Shown here piece by piece: positions 58,995-64,000 of a DNA stretch of 64,000 nucleotides. A model generated the notes under the pieces. The model was given only the letters and a program-made list of their open reading frames with translations. It did not search any database and had not been told where the DNA came from. The DNA comes from Candidatus Kerfeldbacteria bacterium (GTDB lineage Bacteria; Patescibacteriota; Patescibacteriia; SBBC01; CAIJZX01): contig CAIJZX010000014.1 in the NCBI GenBank assembly GCA_903825245.1, positions 1,655-65,654 on the forward strand, in the 5' to 3' direction. Made by a program: the position numbers and the translations under genes. The first letter of the stretch is position 1. Every line of letters begins with the position of its first letter.

Positions 58995-60002
58995 TTAAGC
59001 ATCAACCCCGCCGCGAAAACGCTTAGCTAGGCGATAGGTGTGATACCACTGCGGTTGGAGAACGGCGTTCAGAGCTGGCGGAAAAACAACCTCACGCCCA
59101 TTAAACCCGCGCTTAAATCGTGTCACGCCCGCCCACTTGTGTTCCGATGCATTATCTGGAGCAATCCCCCAGAGATCATAATCGTGAACGCCTTTCTCGT
59201 GAGCGCGTTGAATCGTCCGCCATTGCACCAGGTATGGAATCATCATTTCTTTACGGGCATCATCTGAACCGCCGTGCAGGTACGTTGCGGTCTGTCCATG
59301 CCAAAACACCATGTGCGCCACGTGTGCTTGCCCGTCAACTTCGCCAATAGCAAATTCGGCCATCCCTGCACGATGCATGAAGGAAAAAAGTTTTTGATAA
59401 TACTGATCCGAGTGTAGTCGAATGCTTTGGCGCTTGGCGGTGATATGCATCAATCGTAAAAATTCCTGGACATCCTTGTCCGATGAACCCCAGCGCACCA
59501 CTACATTCTTTTTTTCCGCTAACCGAATATTATATCGCGTTTTTTGGTGGACACCGGCTAATATCTCGTCAGATGTTCGCGACGTATCAATGACTAATGT
59601 TTGCCGCGGTTGGAGTGTTGTGCCCTGAATATACCCTTCAACAAAACCATCGACATCAAAAGAAAAAGTATACAAACCGAGATCCGCCTTGACGTACATC
59701 GCATTCGATGTCCGACCAAGTTTCTTTATTTCTTCAAGCAGCATCGTCAACGCTTCCGGCGTCGCCGCCAACGGTCCGCGCGGACAGTACAGGTATGTTT
59801 TTCCCAACATCAGTTCGTGTTCAACCACGAGCGCGCAACCAACAAGCGCGTCGCCCTCAAATACCCCCAGTCGCCAAATTGGCCGGCCAATGGATTCTTG
59901 AAAATCTCCCCACGCCCACGACTGTAAAAATGGTTGGAGTGGTTGGCGATTAATAAACTCCGCCAGTTGTTGTTGATTATCCAGTGGCCGTATGATCATC
60001 AT
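58995..60002 (-). CDS. FemAB/FemX-family peptidoglycan bridge transferase
   Basis: FLQSWAWG, YCPRGP, KTRYNIRLAEK, YDLWGI, GVTRFKRGF. Confidence 0.92.
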   Translation of the reverse strand: MMIIRPLDNQQQLAEFINRQPLQPFLQSWAWGDFQESIGRPIWRLGVFEGDALVGCALVVEHELMLGKTYLYCPRGPLAATPEALTMLLEEIKKLGRTSNAMYVKADLGLYTFSFDVDGFVEGYIQGTTLQPRQTLVIDTSRTSDEILAGVHQKTRYNIRLAEKKNVVVRWGSSDKDVQEFLRLMHITAKRQSIRLHSDQYYQKLFSFMHRAGMAEFAIGEVDGQAHVAHMVFWHGQTATYLHGGSDDARKEMMIPYLVQWRTIQRAHEKGVHDYDLWGIAPDNASEHKWAGVTRFKRGFNGREVVFPPALNAVLQPQWYHTYRLAKRFRGGVDA

Positions 60003-60003
60003 G

Positions 60004-60561
60004 TTACGAACTAACGTGCTTGAGTGCTTGTTTGACGCGTTGTGGTATCGGCAACTCCGGCGAAGTGGCGTTCGCCGCTTCACGGGCTTCCTTGGCGGTA
60101 TACCCGAGATTTTCTAAGGCGCCGATGACCGTAGCCATAGCACTATCGGTAATTTCAACCTCGCGTACCAGCTTACCCTTGAGATCAACAATAATCCGTT
60201 GTGCTGTTTTTGTGCCGACGCCGGATACCTTCGTTAATACACTGGCTTGACCTTGCTCTATCGCTGCTTCAATATCAGCCACCGATGCCGCCGACAACAC
60301 ACCAAGCGCAACACGAGGACCAACCCCTGAGACGGTCAGGAGTTTTTCAAACATCCGTTGCTCTTGCGCTTCAGCAAAGCCGTAAAGTTCCAGCGCGTCT
60401 TCGCGGACATGCAAGTGTGTCATCAGTGTAGCATCACTACCGAGCGGAAATCGATCAAAAATCCGCGGCAAAACAAACACCCGAAATCCGATACCATGGA
60501 CATCAATCGTTATGGATCGCTCATCTCGCGCCGTAACTCGACCGGCAAGCGATGCTAACAC
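60004..60561 (-). CDS. ruvA: Holliday junction branch migration protein RuvA
   Basis: DVHGIGF, HVREDALELYGF, VSGVGPR, GVGTKTAQRI, ALENLGY. Confidence 0.96.
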   Translation of the reverse strand: MLASLAGRVTARDERSITIDVHGIGFRVFVLPRIFDRFPLGSDATLMTHLHVREDALELYGFAEAQEQRMFEKLLTVSGVGPRVALGVLSAASVADIEAAIEQGQASVLTKVSGVGTKTAQRIIVDLKGKLVREVEITDSAMATVIGALENLGYTAKEAREAANATSPELPIPQRVKQALKHVSS

Positions 60562-60563
60562 AG

Positions 60564-62201
60564 TTATGTGCTCCCCAACCGCAGACCGTTTGTTACCGTC
60601 AACGGGTAGACACTATAATTTTGAATTCGTACAAACGCCTTTTTCAATGCATTGTACCGGAATACGAAGAGATTCGGCGCACCTTTTTGGTACGTACCGG
60701 TAATAATTTCGACTAGGCCATCGCGATTCAGGTCAAGCGCTGTCAGTGACACCCCATTACGGTAGGCGGTTGATGTTGGCAGGAAGTGCGCCTGCTGTTT
60801 ACCGTTGATGTCGAAGATTTTTATATCCGAGTAGTAGTTCGGGCCACCGACGACCACAATCGAAGCTCGACCCGTGCCGAAAATATCACCAACTGTAAGT
60901 GTCATGCCGCTGGTAAATTGAATCGGGTATGGAGTAAACCGGCGCAAGACGCTAAGTTTATTGTCTGTACCAAATTTCACAATACTGACTGATCGGGCAT
61001 TGGCACGCGCCGTTACAACCATCTCCGCTCGACCGTCACTATCTAAATCACCAGCCGCCACCGTGAAACCTTGGCGGGATGTACGATCATAGACAAAGAG
61101 TTGTGCAAGTTGAGTGAACTTCTTCGTCGTAGTGGAGTACTTCCAAACCCGAAGTTGGGCTGAGGATTTTGCCGGTATTGTCAACAACTCATCGATTCCG
61201 TCTCCGTCCACGTCACCAGTCGCTACCGCTACACCCGTTTTTGACTCCGTTGGATATGGATTGAAGCTCGCCACTAATTTTCCACCCGTGGTAAACACTT
61301 TTACTAGTGGATTCGTACCGGCGCCAGTCCCAGCAATCACATCAGCCACATGATCACCTGTTATATCACCAGACGCAACATTTACCCCATTTCGGTCTTT
61401 CTTATCAAAGGCGAGAATTTCCTTCGTCACTTTCTTTTTTGTCGGATCTATAACGCGAACCAATGGTAAGTTTCCTGGCGCCAGTCCAGCGACAATGACA
61501 TTATTGATAACCTGCACCGGTTCCCCGCCAATTCCTGCCGTGCCACCTGTTACTGGCGTCCCGGGATCTGGTGCCGGTACGACCGGCATGGTACACGACT
61601 GTGTCGTTACCGGCTGATCAAGACCGGATGGGCAGCCATTCGTTGAACTACAGGTTCGATTGGTTTGGCCATCCGTACAAACCGTCCACGCTGAACAGGT
61701 ATAGACTGGCAGACAAGCGGCTACTACCGTGGTTGTTGTTTTCGTGGCTACATTGGATAGCGCTGAAACATTCCCCGCCGCATCACTTGTTTTCAAGGCA
61801 AAGAAGTAAGTCGTTGCCGGTTGCAAACCGGTAATGTCAAACGACTCGGTCGTTCCGGCCATCGACGGCGTTGGTGCCCCAGCGGCCGGTGTCGCTGATG
61901 CAAAATTCACATCGGTTATCGGTGTTGTAGAATACCGAATATCATAACTCGCTGCTTGTCCAACATTCCCATCATCTCCCGGGGCTGTCCAGGTCAACGT
62001 TACTGCGGTAGCTGTTGACGCGACCGAGGCTTCATGAACCGTCCCCGGCACGAATAAAAAGCTTGCTCCTGGGCTCACAAACAGGGCCGTTCCAAGCGCC
62101 AGTGAGGTTAAGCCTAAAGAAACCGCCAGCAAACCAATAGAGACACGATAGACGGTGCTTGTTTGCTGTTCAGTGCTAATGTCGGTGCGACGAGGTTTCA
62201 T
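60564..62201 (-). CDS. Surface protein with fibronectin type III domain and FG-GAP-like repeats
   Basis: LTWTAPGDDG...YDIRYS, GLQPATTYFF; repeated VAxGDxDGDGxxE motifs. Confidence 0.85.
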   Translation of the reverse strand: MKPRRTDISTEQQTSTVYRVSIGLLAVSLGLTSLALGTALFVSPGASFLFVPGTVHEASVASTATAVTLTWTAPGDDGNVGQAASYDIRYSTTPITDVNFASATPAAGAPTPSMAGTTESFDITGLQPATTYFFALKTSDAAGNVSALSNVATKTTTTVVAACLPVYTCSAWTVCTDGQTNRTCSSTNGCPSGLDQPVTTQSCTMPVVPAPDPGTPVTGGTAGIGGEPVQVINNVIVAGLAPGNLPLVRVIDPTKKKVTKEILAFDKKDRNGVNVASGDITGDHVADVIAGTGAGTNPLVKVFTTGGKLVASFNPYPTESKTGVAVATGDVDGDGIDELLTIPAKSSAQLRVWKYSTTTKKFTQLAQLFVYDRTSRQGFTVAAGDLDSDGRAEMVVTARANARSVSIVKFGTDNKLSVLRRFTPYPIQFTSGMTLTVGDIFGTGRASIVVVGGPNYYSDIKIFDINGKQQAHFLPTSTAYRNGVSLTALDLNRDGLVEIITGTYQKGAPNLFVFRYNALKKAFVRIQNYSVYPLTVTNGLRLGST

Positions 62202-62295
62202 GGAAATTTACATCTTCAGCATACTGAATTTTACTAGAAAAGGGAAGGGGTTGTCCATAGTCGCAATTGAGACGGTATGATAGGCTGTTATCACT

Positions 62296-64000
62296 ATGCC
62301 CAGCACCACGTTTCAACTTGTTTCGCCATTCTCACCCACCGGTGACCAGCCCCAAGCTATTGAACAATTGCTCTCCGGCATCGCCAAAAAACAGGAGGCG
62401 CAAACCATTTTAGGTGTCACCGGTTCGGGAAAAACGTTTACCATGGCTAACGTCATCGCGAAGTTGAATCGGCCAACGCTGATCATTTCACATAATAAAA
62501 CGTTGGCGGCGCAATTGGCTAGCGAGTTTAAAGACTTCTTCCCGCATAACGCCGTGAATTACTTTGTTTCGTATTACGATTACTACCAGCCAGAGGCCTA
62601 CATGCCACAAAAAGATCTGTATATTGAAAAAGAGTCACAAATCAACGAAGAAATTGATCGCTTACGCAATGCCGCTACACGCGACCTACTCACTCGCCGC
62701 GATGTCATTATTGTCGCTTCAGTTTCGTGCATCTACGGATTAGGAAACCCGACCACCTACCAACAAGCTGCCATCGCTCTGCAACACGGCCAAAAAATTT
62801 CCCGAACAGCGCTCTTACGCCAACTGAATCTCGCCTTGTACCAACGGAATGATTACGACTTCGTACGCGGCACCTATCGCGTTCGCGGTGATAACATCGA
62901 TGTGTCCCCAGCGTACACACAGGATATTTTACGCATTGAACTGGATGATGACGTCATCAGCGGACTTTCCACGGTAGACCCGCTGACCGGACGAGTAACA
63001 GAAAAAATGGATCAGGCCACGGTATTCCCTGGCCGACAGTTTGTTACCCAACAAGATCAGCTACCACAAATAGCCGAAGCGATCCGTGCGGAACTTAAAA
63101 CGCGTGTGGCCGAATTTGAAAAACTTCACAAACCGCTCGAAGCCGAACGAATCGCCCAGCGAACGAATTTCGACTTGGAAATGCTCCTCGCCACTGGTGT
63201 CACCAGTGGTATTGAAAATTACTCACGTTTCTTTGATTTTCGACAGGCCGGTCAGCCGCCGTCAACGCTCCTCGATTACTTCCCGAAGGATTTCTTGCTC
63301 TTCATTGATGAGTCGCATATGACCCTACCGCAGCTGCGGGCGATGTACGAAGGTGACAAGGCTCGAAAAACAACATTAGTAGATTACGGGTTTCGTTTGC
63401 CATCAGCCATGGACAACCGACCACTGAAATTTGAAGAATTTCTCGGTCGTATTAGTCAACGTATTTTTGTGTCCGCTACGCCGTCCGTATACGAAATTGA
63501 ACATTCGCAGCAAGTTGTCGAACAACTCATTCGTCCCACCGGCCTCCTTGATCCACAAATTGACGTCCGACCGACCAAACATCAAATCGACGACGTCCTG
63601 AAGGAAATTCAATCCGTCACCGGCCGCGGACAGCGTGTGCTCATCACCACGCTGACCAAGCGTATGTCCGAAGATCTAACCGAGTACTTACAGGAGCTGA
63701 AAATAAAGGTCCAGTATTTGCATTCCGACGTCGAAACGTTTGAACGTCTAGAAATACTCCGCGATTTGCGCCTTGGTGTCTACGATGTTCTTATTGGTAT
63801 CAATTTACTCCGTGAAGGATTAGATTTGCCAGAGGTTTCGTTAGTGATTATACTCGACGCTGATAAAGAAGGATTCTTACGTTCAGAAACAGCTTTAATG
63901 CAAACCATGGGGCGCGCCGCGCGTCACGTTGAAGGACGGGTCGTTATGTATGCCGACCGTATGACTGGTTCCATGCAACGCGCCATTGATGAAACCATTC
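62296..64000 (+). CDS. uvrB: Excinuclease ABC subunit B (runs off window end)
   Basis: Manual translation: [53 protein letters not shown]. Confidence 0.97.
   Translation, partial: MPSTTFQLVSPFSPTGDQPQAIEQLLSGIAKKQEAQTILGVTGSGKTFTMANVIAKLNRPTLIISHNKTLAAQLASEFKDFFPHNAVNYFVSYYDYYQPEAYMPQKDLYIEKESQINEEIDRLRNAATRDLLTRRDVIIVASVSCIYGLGNPTTYQQAAIALQHGQKISRTALLRQLNLALYQRNDYDFVRGTYRVRGDNIDVSPAYTQDILRIELDDDVISGLSTVDPLTGRVTEKMDQATVFPGRQFVTQQDQLPQIAEAIRAELKTRVAEFEKLHKPLEAERIAQRTNFDLEMLLATGVTSGIENYSRFFDFRQAGQPPSTLLDYFPKDFLLFIDESHMTLPQLRAMYEGDKARKTTLVDYGFRLPSAMDNRPLKFEEFLGRISQRIFVSATPSVYEIEHSQQVVEQLIRPTGLLDPQIDVRPTKHQIDDVLKEIQSVTGRGQRVLITTLTKRMSEDLTEYLQELKIKVQYLHSDVETFERLEILRDLRLGVYDVLIGINLLREGLDLPEVSLVIILDADKEGFLRSETALMQTMGRAARHVEGRVVMYADRMTGSMQRAIDETI

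Overview
Chromosomal window from a small-genome bacterium. Gene content and style suggest Patescibacteria/CPR (inference). It carries housekeeping genes (uvrA partial, truD, uvrC, secG, rnj, trpS, murI, pgm/manB, lgt, glyA, folD, ychF, rpsF-ssb-rpsR-efp, recA, rodZ-like, ftsK, rpoC-rpoB, def, murE, femAB-like, ruvA, uvrB partial), tRNA-Leu(CAG) and tRNA-Arg(CCG), three large surface proteins and scattered orphan genes. The standout is a 4.9 kb block (32815-37750) lying antisense between rodZ-like and recA. One near-consensus sigma70 promoter heads 11 small unrelated ORFs, most with strong Shine-Dalgarno sites. Seven intergenic regions are 130-190 bp copies of one structured repeat family: stop codon, hairpin chain, conserved TCACnnGA...TCAnGYGA stem, A-tract, GTTC/boxA-like tail, RBS. 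The copies show covariation and mosaicism, and no integrase or cas gene is present. Other signals: a GIY-YIG gene and tRNA-Leu bracketed by tRNA fragments interrupted by CCTGCC palindromes, a REP-like palindrome inserted in frame in uvrC, a promoter-linked structured non-coding region near 57.3 kb, and an altered CCA-type nucleotidyltransferase coupled to a Nudix gene. All calls come from reading the sequence; no searches were run.
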